Below are positions 30,849 to 44,066 of a stretch of DNA of 64,000 nt, in pieces. Under the pieces are notes generated by a model. The model was given only the letters and a program-made list of their open reading frames with translations. It was not told the origin of the DNA and did no database searches. The number at the start of each line of letters is the position of its first letter. Within the stretch, counting starts at the first letter, position 1. Made by a program: the position numbers and the translations under genes. This stretch comes from Octopus vulgaris. Lineage: Eukaryota. The stretch is taken from contig OX597836.1 of assembly GCA_951406725.2 (NCBI GenBank), forward strand, positions 34,100,001-34,164,000, in the 5' to 3' direction.

Positions 30849-31486
30849 ATCTACCTCCTGGACCATGGTTTCTGATTCTATATTAGCAAAAAAAAATAAT
30901 TTGTTAGGCGGAGTCTTCATCAATAGGTAGGCCAAGATTAAACATATAATACGAGACAATCCAGCATATGCCCCATGCATATATATTATAATTTTTCAAA
31001 TCCACCGCGCAAGCGCAGTTTTTGTCGGCAGCAAATAAAATAATGCCGGCGTTACTTCGAAAATTTGCCGAAAATGATCAATAATTAATAATATCAGAGT
31101 AAGAAAAAATTTTATAAATTTTTTACTACTAATGGCCTAGCGTGTAGAAAAATTAGTCAATAGACTACATATTATTCATATAAAGAAGTGTACATTCAAA
31201 CACATAAGAGGTAACTATCATAGGATACCTGGAACGCTAGAAGGAGTAGCCAAAATCCAAATCACTATTAGGGATAAATTTCGAAGGGAATGAAAAATAA
31301 AAACTTTTACCATCTATCTCCTGGACCATGGTTTCTGACTCTATATAAGCAAATAAAATAATTTACTAGGCGGAGTCTTCATCAACAGGTACGCCAAGAT
31401 TAAACATATAAATACGAGGCAATCCAGGGTGTGCCCCGCAAGCGCAGTTATTTTGCCGGCAGCAAAAAACTGCGCTTGCGCGGTGG
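30849..31486. repeat. Segment with ~125 bp direct repeats and a 22 bp inverted repeat (MITE-like relic)
   Basis: ATCTA(C/T)CTCCTGGACCATGGTTTCTGA... at 30849 and 31312. CCACCGCGCAAGCGCAGTTTTT at ~31002 is inverted at ~31465-31486. Confidence 0.7.
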
Positions 31487-31702
31487 GTTTTTTAATGTTA
31501 CCATTGATTTCAGTCATCAAACCAGCCTTATAAAGGGTTATTTTAAAATAGCTACCAATTTCTGATTGTCATAGACTGAAACTATAACATAGACTGGATG
31601 TCCTATTAATCCAATATGGTTTTCAATTGTTGCTGGTGATTTTTCCAGATATATATACATAGACTATATATATTTATACATATATACACATATGTATATA
31701 TA

Positions 31703-32175
31703 GCAGTGCTCGATGATCGGGTGCAAAGCGTGAGAGGGAGGCTTGGTGAGGAATTTAGTCCGGATTGTGTTCGAGAAACACTAAGATTATGGCTTGGGGA
31801 AAATTTCTGTCCATGGAACTAGACGCCTGAAAATAACTGAAGGTTCTATGAACCAAGAGAGCTACATAGAGGTACTTAGAAGTAGACTAATACCACAAGT
31901 ACGGGAATGGTATGGAAACAGGCGTTGGATATTCCAGCAGGGTTCGGCATTATGCCATATAGCAAAATCGGTAAAGACACCGTTCACTGAAAATTCTGTT
32001 GACGTACTTCAATGGCCAGGACATGAACCCAGTTGAGAGCCTATAGTGTTTGTTGAAAGATATAATACAACAATCCTCTATTACAACCAAATACCTCCTT
32101 ATTGAGCACAAATCTTTGATTCTGTCCTAATAGAACCAAACTTATATGAGGTGCTCAATAATGTTTCCAGTACTG
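31703..32175 (+). mobile_element. Tc1-like transposon 3' fragment
   Basis: VLDDRVQSVRGRLGEEFSPDCV..MAWGKISVHGTRRLKITEGSMNQESYIEVLRSRLIP..WIFQQGSALCHIAKSVK..VLQWPG. Ends in CCAGTACTG followed by TA. Confidence 0.85.
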
Positions 32176-32211
32176 TATATACATATATGTATACATACAT
32201 ACATATACACA

Positions 32212-32277
<66 letters not shown>

Positions 32278-32620
32278 CATATATATATATACTACATATA
32301 CACGTATATATATGTATATATATATACATGTATATTTATATATACAAGAATATATATATATACATATATATATGCACACACACATATATATACATATATG
32401 AATGTATACATATATATATACATATATATATATATTTATATATATATATATATAGCCTATATATATATATACATATATACACATATGTATATATATATAT
32501 ATACATACACACACATATGTATTTGGTCAAATGGAACATTCAAAGAAACAAAAGGAACAAAAGGATGTGCACATGGAATATATTAGCTTGACACTCAGTC
32601 TAAGACGGAAAAAAGAGTAG

Positions 32621-32656
32621 GTGTAATGTTTTGGGTCATGGCTCTTCGTCAGAAAG
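32621..32656 (-). ncRNA. Degenerate hammerhead-like motif, GAGC family
   Basis: Minus strand: CTGACGA-A-GAGC-CATG-ACCC-AAAACATT. 5' core canonical, 3' half decayed. Confidence 0.35.
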
Positions 32657-32888
32657 AGGAGAAAGGATGGGTCCAGAGAAGGAAAACAATGGTGCAGGAA
32701 AATCACATCTGTACTTACATGGTTGAAGTATTTAATTCATTTTTAGTTAACGGTGAAACTAACGACGTGAACAATATGTGTGTGCGTCTGTGTCTGTGAG
32801 TGAGAGTGTGTGTAGGGGTAGTTTATACAAAAGAGGCGAACAGAACACAGTATTTAAGGTAGAGTGCTTAATTTGATTTAGTAGTAGT

Positions 32889-32933
32889 TGAAGCACCTGA
32901 CAAATACTTCGGTGCGAAACTCCAGGCCCTTCA
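32889..32933 (+). ncRNA. Degenerate type-I hammerhead-like motif
   Basis: TGAAG..CTGACAA-ATAC-TTCG-GTGC-GAAAC-TCCAG-GCC-CTTCA. Geometry fits; several core substitutions. Confidence 0.45.
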
Positions 32934-33001
32934 GTTACTTATTATCTCGTATATTAATGCATATATGTACACATACGCGCACAGACACACACACACACAC
33001 A

Positions 33002-33123
<122 letters not shown>

Positions 33124-33166
33124 CAATAAATGGTGGGGTTGTGTTGACCGCACGTGGAGAAATGAC

Positions 33167-33528
33167 AGGCAAGGAAAAATTATAAAAAAAGGCAGAATTG
33201 AAGGTAAATTTTAATGAAAATGGGTGTATGGACAAATTTGAACTCGAGATACACAAAGACTTTACATTATATCGGTGTACCTATTTTTTAATTTTTGTAT
33301 ATGTTTATTATTTTTTTGCAAAAAACAATGTAATTTTCTTTTTTTTCCCTCCTCAATTATAAAAAAAAATTCTTTTCACCTTACAATTCTTGAAAAGTCG
33401 CATTGCGACGAAAACCGATTTGAATTATATATATATAAAAAAAAAAATTTTTTTAAATTTTCCATACATCCATTTTCATTAAAATTTACCTTCAATTTAG
33501 TATTCTGCCTTTTTATAATTTTTCCTTG

Positions 33529-33531
<3 letters not shown>
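33167..33531 (+). mobile_element. Fold-back element (~75 bp inverted arms) with internal hammerhead
   Basis: 33167-33240 is the reverse complement of 33452-33531. Lies between (TA)n tracts. Confidence 0.75.
33385..33426 (+). ncRNA. Type-I hammerhead motif with U3:A8 core
   Basis: AATTC-TTGAAAA-GTCGC-ATT-GCGAC-GAA-AACCGATT-T-GAATT. Stems I and II are perfect 5 bp; stem III near-palindromic. Confidence 0.65.
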
Positions 33532-33564
<33 letters not shown>

Positions 33565-33689
33565 TATATACATACATACATATATATATATATATATGGG
33601 GGGAGGGGAAGAGAGGACGAATGAGAGAGAGAAGGAGATAGACAGACAGATAGATAAATAGATAGAAAGAGAGAAAGAGAAAGAAAGAG

Positions 33690-33740
<51 letters not shown>

Positions 33741-34099
33741 ATAGTTTCATCTTCAGATATCTCTGTGAACTTGGAAGTAGAAAAGTATTGAATTTACTTT
33801 AATATAGTTCATTCGCTTTTTGCCTCTCCACAATCTTTCGCACATGAAATAAAACAGCGTGGTGAGAGAGGGGCGTTGTGTAATAATTTTGTGTTATTTA
33901 AGGAAGAAAAGAGAAGTTGATGGCTTACGTCAGGTTTAATATAGTTGTTATGGCGTCGGTTTAACTTATGACAGCCAGTTTAAGAGTCAACGATGGCTGA
34001 ACGCACAGACACACACACACTCTCACACACACACACGCACAGACAGACAGACAGACAGACACACACACACACATATAAATTTGCGATTATTTTACTGCA

Positions 34100-34250
34100 C
34101 AGGAGTGACTGTGTTGTAAGAAGCTTGCTTCCCTGCCACATGGTTTCTGGGTTCAGTCCCACAGCGTGGCACCTTGGGTAAATGTTTTCTACTATAGCCT
34201 CGGGGCGACCAAAGCTTGATAGACGGAAACTGAAAGTGAAATTTTGTAAG
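34100..34250 (+). mobile_element. SINE family B head
   Basis: GGAGTGACTGTGTTGTAAG...GGGTTCAGTCCC. Confidence 0.8.
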
Positions 34251-34258
34251 GTGGTATA

Positions 34259-34305
<47 letters not shown>

Positions 34306-34307
<2 letters not shown>

Positions 34308-34393
34308 GATGAAAGGCAAAGTCGACCTCGGCGGATTTTGAACTCAGAACGTAACGGCAGACGAAATTCGTAGCCGTATTTCGTCTGCCGTTA
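34306..34393 (-). mobile_element. SINE family A fragment
   Basis: AAAGGATGAAAGGCAAAGTCGACCTCGGCGG. Confidence 0.8.
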
Positions 34394-34436
34394 CTTTTCT
34401 TTTAATTTTTCCAAATTTTAATTGTTTCCATACATA

Positions 34437-34472
34437 CAGTTGAAAAAGTCTCAATGACTGAAACCGGTACTG
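34437..34472 (+). ncRNA. Minimal hammerhead motif, U3:A8 core, ACCGGT stem III
   Basis: CAG-TTGAAAA-AGTC-TCAAT-GACT-GAA-ACCGGT-A-CTG, inside repeat 34395-34530. Reverse copies at 58086-58121 and 60311-60346. Confidence 0.6.
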
Positions 34473-34661
34473 AAATGTTTTTTATAAAATTATTTTAGCA
34501 TTTTCTACCTTGACTCTTTTTTCCATATATATCAACTCGTGTGTTCCTTTTCAACCTTCTACAACACACACACACACTCACACACACACACATATGCAGT
34601 ATCTATGTATGTATTTATATATATGTGTGTGTGTATGTGCGTGTGTGTGTGTGTGTATATG

Positions 34662-34830
34662 CGACAGGTTTTTTTTCGATTTCCACCTGCCAAATCCACT
34701 CACAAGGCTTTGGTTGGCCCGAGGCTATAGTTGAAGACACTTAGACAAGGTCTCACATAATGGGACTGAGCCTGCAACTATGTGGTTGGGAAGCAAGCTT
34801 CTTACAACACAGCCCACACTGCTACGCCAG
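34662..34830 (-). mobile_element. SINE family B head
   Basis: Reverse complement of 52432-52590. Confidence 0.8.
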
Positions 34831-35517
34831 CGCCTATGTCTGTGTTCTTTGAAGATCACAATCAGAGTCAAACGGAAATCAACATGCAATGTTACTAATG
34901 TGAGATCTATCGTCCGACAAATCTTGCAACAGCCTACCAAGGGACCCTAAAATCCCCTCGTGTGTCATTTTGCATTCGTTCTAGACAATCATCTGGTAAC
35001 TCTTAAAAACTTGTCGCTTCCCGAATTCTTGGCAATGTTGCAAACAGTTGCATCATTTTCACGTGGCCCAGTACAAGGCGGTACCCCAACATGCCTGCAG
35101 TTCAAAGACTGAAACAATTGAAAGATAAAAGGTCAAGTGAAGGAGTGAGAAAACAGAATGTACCACATGATCGCCGGAAGGAATATGGTGGCAATACCGA
35201 AAGAAAATAACTGAAATATCTGGGTTTTTTTTTTAATGTTTACAACGTTCGCAAGGAGCAGACTAACCAAAAGCGCCATTCCAGTTCCACCAAGAGCATC
35301 GAAGAAGCAAATTTCAGCTTATTTCTGAAACTTAGAGTCTGGGTATAACTGTAAACTGCATCCGGTTGTGGGGTCCTGGATCGGGAGCTCCAAGATTTTG
35401 AGGAACGTAGAAGCATCTCCTAGCCATTTTAGTCCCCCATGTCTACTCTGATCCGGAGTACAAGCACCTGTAAGGGTCCTGGTTATAGGGTAAATAGCAT
35501 GTAACCATCCAAATCTG

Positions 35518-35878
35518 ATACAGTTCTATATTTAAGAGATGAGGAATTATGTACATTATTTACATTCGACAGATATTTGTCCTCATTTTGTTTGTTGTTA
35601 ACACAACGTTTCGGCTGATATACCCTCCAGCCTTCTTCGGGTGTCTTGGGGAAATTTCGAAAATAACTTAGGAATGAGAACCCAGGTTCGAAATTTCCCC
35701 AAGACACCTGAATAAGGCTGGAGGATATATCAACCGAAACGTTGTGTTAACAACAAACAAGATGAGGACAAATATCCGTCGAATCTAAATAATGTAAATA
35801 ATGTAAATAATGTAAATGATGTAAATAAAGAAAGAGTTATGCAAATTAAATATGAAACGGTTCATGATATATTACTAT
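35518..35878 (+). mobile_element. Fold-back element with two opposed mutated hammerheads; relative of 45541-46099
   Basis: Antisense arm (HHR 35600-35645, core CCGAAGA) joined via TCGA microhomology to a sense arm (HHR 35703-35748, core CTGAATA). AATGTAAAT repeats at the 3' end. Confidence 0.85.
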
Positions 35879-37104
35879 AATGTATCCGAATCTAATTACG
35901 ATGAAGTCATCAGATGCAACATGGTGGACGTGATATGTTTTGGCAAATTAATTTAATGAACCAACGGCGAATACCGTTGAACGGATGAACAGACAACAAC
36001 AAATTGTCAATGGATAGGGTCATAGTTATGGTGTGTGCAGATGAAATATTTCAGCTCTCGAAAAACCAATGTAACTAAAACTCCAAGGCCAGATACTCAA
36101 ACCCCATCGCTTGATCGTGACGTCTGGCATGGAGGTGTTTCATTGGTCCGATCAAGTCATCAAAACTGGATATTTGAGTCCTACCAAAAATAGCAGAATA
36201 GTCTCCCATCAGGTTACAGTCAATTTGAATTCATTGTTATTGACATATATGTGGATCGAACTGTTGTGAAGTAATTCAATTCGCCGAGATCTCTCCATGG
36301 ATATGTTGGCGCCACGTCTGAGCCAACTGACTTCTGTGCAGCAATATATTCCGAACATTATTTCATAAGTATCACGTTATGATGACACCCCTGGTACCTT
36401 TTACGGTATGTTGAAAGTTACGTCGTTTCATATGGGCCTTTTTTCTCACAGTAAGCGTGAAACCATAGATTTTTAGACGGGGAGGAGTAGCAGTGATGTT
36501 TATATGTACATAAGAGGACAACATTATTAGTCCTTGCAAAAATATTTCCCGTATTTTTCTCTCCCGCTTCTTTCTTATTCACTTTCTCACTCTCTATTCC
36601 TCTCAACCTCCCTAGCTAACTATTTACTGATCTATCTGTCTATCATACATACACACATACATACATACGTCAATGTACATTTGCATGTATATAAATGTGT
36701 GTGTATGTATTACACACATATGCCGACATATATACACGTATATGTATATACACATACGTACGTATGAAACATTTCCATATATGTATATGTATATACACAT
36801 ATGTATATACAAATACACATACGTACGCATGAAACATTTCCACTGCATTATTTCTTGCTGTGAAAATACTTTTCTTAGCCTTTCCGGGTTTTTCCGGCTT
36901 CTATCCACCATCTAACTGTTGAGAAATAAACAAGAAAAAAAAAAGAAAACAAAAAAGTTGCCAAAAAACTTCCTAATATCAATAACGGGTCCATCATTCT
37001 GCTCAGACCAACTAGATGGGGGCAAAAACGACCACAAAAGCTTTGCGCATAAAAAAAGCATGATTTTGTTGCTTGGTTTTATTAATTTCATATAAAAGAA
37101 CAAC

Positions 37105-37290
37105 CGTTTTTCAGCATATAAGTCGAATTTTTCAGACCATAATTTAAAGCCAAAGATGGTAGGTCGACTTATACACCAAAACGACTTTGACAGATCAAAA
37201 GTTTCATATGCAATAAAACGGAAGTTGCAATGAAAGCGACAATGTTGAATGTTTTAAGTCGACCTATATGCCAGAACAATCGATAGGATA
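37105..37290 (+). mobile_element. Possible Tc1/pogo-type MITE end
   Basis: CCGTTTTTCAGCATATAAGTCGA terminus and repeated GTCGAC(T/C)TATA subterminal motifs. Confidence 0.4.
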
Positions 37291-37536
37291 TCTTTATGTA
37301 TTTGCCTTGACTATAAATTACTTTATTTTGTTTATATAAGACTGGTCATAAATATGACGATATAATGTTTTATATTTCAAGAATTATATAAAGAAAACTC
37401 GGATGTGTGGCTTTGCGACCGAGTGGTTTCGGGTTTAGTTTCCAATGTGCGAGACCTTGAGCGAGTGTCTGCAATTATAATCCCGGATGAGTGAATTTAG
37501 TAGATGGAAACGGTGTGGAAGCTCTATTTGCGTGTA

Positions 37537-37604
<68 letters not shown>

Positions 37605-37725
37605 AACAGATATTTATGTTCATGTGCTTTCATATGCGTATCTGTATATATGCTTGCCCACACACATACACACGAATGTATGTATTCATATACTAATATA
37701 TACCTTCATTGATATGTATATACAC

Positions 37726-37760
<35 letters not shown>

Positions 37761-38128
37761 CGCATAGATACATATATAGATACATATATACATATATATA
37801 TATATGTGAAATATAACGTGTCTTGAATGGCACAACAATACAGAGTGAACTGTAATAACTGTTATGATTTAATTATTCATAGTCTGATATAATATTTCGG
37901 AATATAAAAATTCCTTCTTCAGATATCTCTAGGAATTGATCGAGTCACTGCTGTAATCGGTTTTCCCTCCCATAATACATATACATATACATATTATTCT
38001 TTCGTTGTTCGCAAAAAAAAAAGTTCGTGTTCCAGGTTTTCGTATTTCGGATTTCATGTTGCTTACGTTCTATGACGTCCTATACACATATATGCATATG
38101 TATATACATACATACATACACACACACT

Positions 38129-38190
<62 letters not shown>

Positions 38191-38235
38191 CATATATATA
38201 TGTATATATATATATTATATATATGTACATATATG

Positions 38236-38302
<67 letters not shown>

Positions 38303-38397
38303 ACATATATGTATATATATATATGCATATATATATATATATGTATAGATATATACATATATACATACATGCATACATACATTCATACATACATACA

Positions 38398-38475
<78 letters not shown>

Positions 38476-39127
38476 ATAAATGTATACACATACACACATA
38501 CACACATACACATACTCACGCACACAAACACACACATACGTACATATACACACATGCTTTGAAAATGGAAGCTTTTACCTTTCTGATGATATCAGCAAAA
38601 AACTCAGTCTCAGCAGGGCACACGTGTTTCTTCACTTTTAGTTGTCAAACTTGTAAAATAAAATGAAAAAAAAAATATAAAGACACAAACACACAAACTC
38701 TCTCTCTCTCACTCTCTCTCTCACACACAAGACGTAACAAGTAAGCCGTAAAGAAAACTTGTACCAGGTCGTTATTTCCAAATTTATATAGGATTGCTAA
38801 AACGATTTTCAGTTATTAAATGTGACGGAAAGCCTGCTGCATTGACAGAATCAGAAATTCCTGTAACTATGACGATCTGTTTATGACGTAACAGTTCCCT
38901 CCCCACTCTCTGTCGTCTTGTCTCTCTCTCTCTTTCTCAGTCAGTCTCTCCCTCTCTCTTTCTCCCCCTCTCTCTCTATCACTTTGCCGTTCCTAACATT
39001 TGGCAAACGTTTCTCATTCGTAATCTTCTGGCAGAGTCGTTAGCGCGCCGGACAATATGCTTAGGAGCATTTCTTCCGCCTTTACATTCTATGTTCAAAT
39101 TCTGCGACGTCGACTTCGTCTTTCATC

Positions 39128-39168
<41 letters not shown>

Positions 39169-39334
39169 CAACTGCTAATATATATATTAAAATTATAAAT
39201 TAGGGTTTCTACGAGATACCACCATGCTGAAAATAGCAGCCATGATCTGACTCTAAAACCACCTTAATTGTCCATATATCAACACGGAGAGAAAACAAAG
39301 AGACAAGATGAAACTAGTAAAAAATTACTAGATA

Positions 39335-39393
39335 ATTCTAGATCCCGGATTTCTGACTTTGCATTTAGAAATGCTTTGCCTCGTCAGTAGAAT
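39335..39393 (-). ncRNA. Type-I hammerhead ribozyme with near-canonical core
   Basis: Minus strand: ATTCTA-CTGACGA-GGC-AAA-GCATTT-CT-AAATGC-AAA-GTC-A-GAA-ATCCGGGAT-C-TAGAAT. 6 bp stem I, extended stem II, AUC cleavage triplet, one extra A before GAAA. Confidence 0.72.
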
Positions 39394-39487
39394 GCACACA
39401 GAAGGGAAACATAAATACGTATATATATAAATACAACATACGAATAATTAAATATACGAACGTACAGCTACATATATGTGGATGGAA

Positions 39488-39865
39488 GCACTCCGTCGGT
39501 TACGACGATGAGGGTTCCGGTTGATCCGAATCAACGGAACAGCCTGCTCGTGAAATTAACGTGTAAGTGGCTGAGCACTCCACAGACACGTGCACCCTTA
39601 ACGTAGTTCTCGGAGATATTCAGCGTGACACAGAGAGTGACAAGGCCGGCCCTTTGAAATACAGGTACAACAGAAACAGGAAGTAAGAGTGAGAGAAAGT
39701 TGTGGTGAAAGAGTACAGCAGGGATCACCACCATCCCCTGCCGGAGCCTCGTGGAGCTTTAGGTGTTTTCGCTCAATAAACACTCACAACGCTCGGTCTG
39801 GGAATCGAAACCGCGATCTTATGACCGCGAGTCCGCTGCTCTAACCACTGGGCCATTGCGCCTCC
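39488..39865 (-). mobile_element. SINE family C, full length (head H1 + tail T1)
   Basis: Minus strand GGAGGCGCAATGGCCCAGTGGTTAG (A box), GGTTTCGATTCC (B box), tail shared with 15.1-15.27 kb. Confidence 0.92.
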
Positions 39866-40798
39866 ACTACATATATATATGCACGTATGCATCATAGCCA
39901 GTTCAAAATGCCCGCCGTATATATATATATATATATATGCGGATAAGTAAGATGGAAGAGACGATAGACATATGGCTTGAGTATTTTTGTCGTCTATCGA
40001 GTGCGTTTATGTGTGTGCGTGTTTGTTAAGTATTTTTTTTATCGTTTGTGTCCAGTGTTCATGCTAAATTTTCTAACATGATATTTCTTCCTCGTTTTAA
40101 CCTTTATAGCCCTCTTGTGTTACCTGTTCCTTTCTCCTCCTTTTCTGCTTCATAGCTTTTTCTCCGCCCCTCTTTTTTGCCACCCGTCCTCTCTATACTT
40201 TTGTTGTCTCTGTCTGCTCATTCACTCTGTCTCCTTCCGTTCCCAGCTTATCTATGTCTGACTTCCTTTTGATCACGGGTCTCTCTATTAAACATTTCAG
40301 CTCTTTTAGTAATTTTACTATCCGTTATTTTTCAAGATCTTCCTCCAAGTATTTATTCATATCATGCATTTTTTCCTGCATCACATACGTTGCATTATTC
40401 TTTCGCGTTGTTTTGTCTAATTATATTCTCATCATAACTGAAAAATGACTTCGTTCTTTGTTTCATTAAAAACATTCTCTAACTTATTAATTTCCTCGAA
40501 AGTAGACGTGCATCTTACTAACTAACCAAGTTCCTAATCTTAACACTATATCCACTCTTTAACTTTGTATTTTATCCGTCCTAGTTGCTAAGAATACGAC
40601 GTATGGTTTTTCTCCACTGCATCAGTTATCACACGTCCGCATCTAAAGAATGTTGATTGCCAGCAAGTTTAGTTCAAGGCATCGAAACAGACAAACATCT
40701 GAGCGAGAGAGCTGATGAAGGCGAAATTTTAATGTCGTTTAGTTTTTCATTTTATTCTGTTTGTATCTTTGTTATTTGCGTTATTTGTGCTCATCCCT

Positions 40799-40860
<62 letters not shown>

Positions 40861-41464
40861 TGTCTGTGCGTGCGTGAGTGTGTGAATGTATATGAGTGTC
40901 TGTGCGCGATTCTCTGTCTTTGTGTGTGTATGTGTAAATTTATACTTGGGAAGGAAAAGAGGAAGAAAATGACAGAAAAATAGAATAGGACGAAAACCCA
41001 CCTGGGTTTTGTTACTGTCAAATATTATAGCCTGTCTCATAATAACATCTTACATAGGTTTTACTTTACAAGAACATATACTCATGAAGGTGTTTGTGAT
41101 TCTATTAAAATTGTGAACTATATAGACATATGTCAAGATAAGCCAAACTATGGGTAACAAAATGTTCATGTGACTTCGAGGAATGGTGAACCAGTTAGAC
41201 AGAAACAGAGGTTGAACAATGAATAAATAATGAATGCTGGAGACGGCATTTGGGAACTTGATTGTATATATATATATACATATATATATATACATATATA
41301 TACATATGTGTGTGTGTATACACACACAGATACACACACACACACCACATATATATATATAGACATACATATACATGCATATATATATATATATATACAT
41401 GTATATTTACACATATTCATATACAAATACATATGTATATGTATGTATATAGATATGTATATAA

Positions 41465-41596
41465 ATATATAAATGAGCACGTATGTATAATTGTGTATGT
41501 ACAAACATATAGATATACGTATACATACAAATATGCACATACAGAAGCACATATACAAGTACATACACAATTATACATACGTGCTCATTTATATAT
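41465..41596. repeat. Perfect 38 bp inverted repeat with 56 nt spacer
   Basis: ATATATAAATGAGCACGTATGTATAATTGTGTATGTAC at 41465-41502; exact reverse complement at 41559-41596. Confidence 0.9.
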
Positions 41597-41735
41597 ACAT
41601 ACATCTATGTATATATCCATATTACATTTTGTAAGACTAGATGTATGGTTGTACACACACATATATATGTATTATATAGGTACATAAATATACATATGTA
41701 TTAAGTATATATTTGTATTATATGTATTATGTATA

Positions 41736-41799
<64 letters not shown>

Positions 41800-42270
41800 T
41801 ATCCCATTTATATAAATAATAATTGACGTAGTGTGCGGGCAAAGAAAATGGCGAACAACAATTTTGCGGTTGATTTAATTTGTGGCAGTTTTGAAATCTA
41901 ACCGTCCCAATGCAAATGAATCTAGGTAGGAAAAGAAGAGTGTCTGGGAAGTACTGTGTTGTTCATATTGAGATTGGCAGAACTGATATAATCTTGAACA
42001 CCTGACAGAAGGCAAAAAAATGATGAATTGAATTTATGAGGAGGGATGAAGGGCTTGAGGTGGAAAAAATAATAATGATGATGATGATGATGACGATGAC
42101 GATGACGATGACGACGACGATGATGGTGATGATGGTGGTAATGAAGATGGTGGCGGTAGCGGTTGTGAAGCTGACTGTTTATAGTATTAGTATTATTATT
42201 ACTACCTTTGCTGCTACCGCTACTGCTGGTACAACAACAACAGCAATAACAATAACAAATAGTGATGATA

Positions 42271-42336
<66 letters not shown>

Positions 42337-42339
<3 letters not shown>

Positions 42340-42780
42340 TCGATATAAACATATCTGTCAAAACCTACCAGAAACTGAGCAAGTATAAAGAACTTGAAAT
42401 AGAAATCAGCAAAATGTGGAACCTGAAGACTAAAACAATACCTGTTGTCATAGGTGCCCTGGGAATGATAGCAAAAGTGGCTGGTTGCTACCTAACTCAG
42501 ATACCAGGAAACCCCAAAATGGCAGAAATTCAAAAGATAGTGCTCATGGGAACTGCTCATATCCTACGCAAAATACTTTCTATGTAATCTCAAGTTTTAA
42601 AACAAACATAATTTTCGTATGGTTTTTTAGGCATTCACTAGTACAACACTAAGTACAAAACAAAATATATGGCACCCTAGGCATAACACCAACATGAACT
42701 TCCAACTTGTTGTCTCTTGAGGTCTCTGGGTGAGACTTCGAGCCAGCTTGTGCAAATGTAAAGCAAAAGTCAAACATAGA
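42337..42780 (+). mobile_element. 3' fragment of a second R4/Dong-type LINE family in (AAT)n
   Basis: DINISVKTYQKLSKYKELEIEISKMWNLKTKTIPVVIGALGMI...IQKIVLMGTAHILRKILSM* (stop 42587), ~190 bp 3' UTR, (AAT)n on both sides. Confidence 0.88.
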
Positions 42781-43171
42781 ATAATAATAATAATAATCCT
42801 CTCTACTTTAGGCTCAGGGCCTGAAATTTGGCGGGTGAAGTATAGTCGATCACATCGACCCCAATGTTTTACTGATACTTACTTCATCGACATATGAGAT
42901 TTTAAAACATAGGAATAATATAAACTTATTGAATAACCGTTCCGAACTGGGAGTATCTTGTATACATTGTGCTACCCGTACGTTTAAGTATTTTAAATAA
43001 GAGCTTTCTGGCCATTCCTAAATTTTCAAATCTTAATATTTTGTAACCAAACAAAAAATTAATATACTAATACTAGCTTTTATTTAACCTGCATAGATTA
43101 CTGAGAAATTTCATTATATATATAAATTTGAATATAATGAAATTAGAATTTTTTGATACTCTCCTATATGG

Positions 43172-44066
43172 GATTGCAAAAAATTCTATATATCTAGGGA
43201 AATTACTTAGTTCATCTTGATTACCTCCCTCCATTACTTTTTAATATATCCTCTTGACTCCTGATATATGTGCTAAATTGCTAATGTTTTTTTCCACAGT
43301 TAGTAAATATTATGTCTAACATATTCTTTTAATTCAACTTATTAATTAAATAAATCACCATTTACTAGCTAATTATGAGTCTATATTAATAGAAATGGAT
43401 ATATATATCTTTATATATAAAACTAAAGTTGTGTGTCTGTCTCCTACGATTTAGATTTTGCGGTGCAGTGTAACCAAAAGCGGGTATCTTATAGTCGTGA
43501 TTCATATCGAGCCCTTCTGGGTATTAGCGCGCGTCTACGATGAGTCTACGATTTTAAAAATAATTTACCATCATTTTTTTCCATTTTGATGCATTTTTCG
43601 CTATTATATAAGGGAAGTAACTCTCTAAAAATGTCTACGATGAGTCAACGATTAAAAAAAAACATTTACCATAATTTTTTTCCATTTTTTTGCTATTTTT
43701 TGGCTATAACTCTAAAAATGCTTATATAGTTATTTCCCTTTCAAACCCGAGCAACGCCGGACGATACTGCTAGTATATTTATATAAATACGAAATGATTG
43801 CAAAAAATTCTATATATCTAGGGAAATTACTTGGTTCATCTTGATTACCTCTCTTCCATTACTTTTTAATATATCTTATTGACTCCTGACATATGTGCTA
43901 AATTGCTAAAAAAAATTTTTCCACAGCTAGTAAATATTATGCCTAACATTTTCTTTTAATTCAACTCATTGATGAAATAAATCCCCATTTACTAGCTAAT
44001 TATGATTCTATATTAATAGAAATGGATATATATATATATATATATTTATATAAATATGAAATGATT
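43172..44066. repeat. Tandem duplication (~265 bp unit); first unit interrupted by a Helitron
   Basis: GATTGCAAAAAATTCTATATATCTAGGG at 43172 and 43796; both units end GAAATGATT. Confidence 0.9.
43408..43773 (+). mobile_element. Non-autonomous Helitron
   Basis: 5' TCTTTATATATAAAA, subterminal GC-rich hairpin-like CCCGAGCAACGCCGG, 3' CTAG. Inserted between A and T with no TSD, as shown by the empty site in the duplicated unit. Confidence 0.88.
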
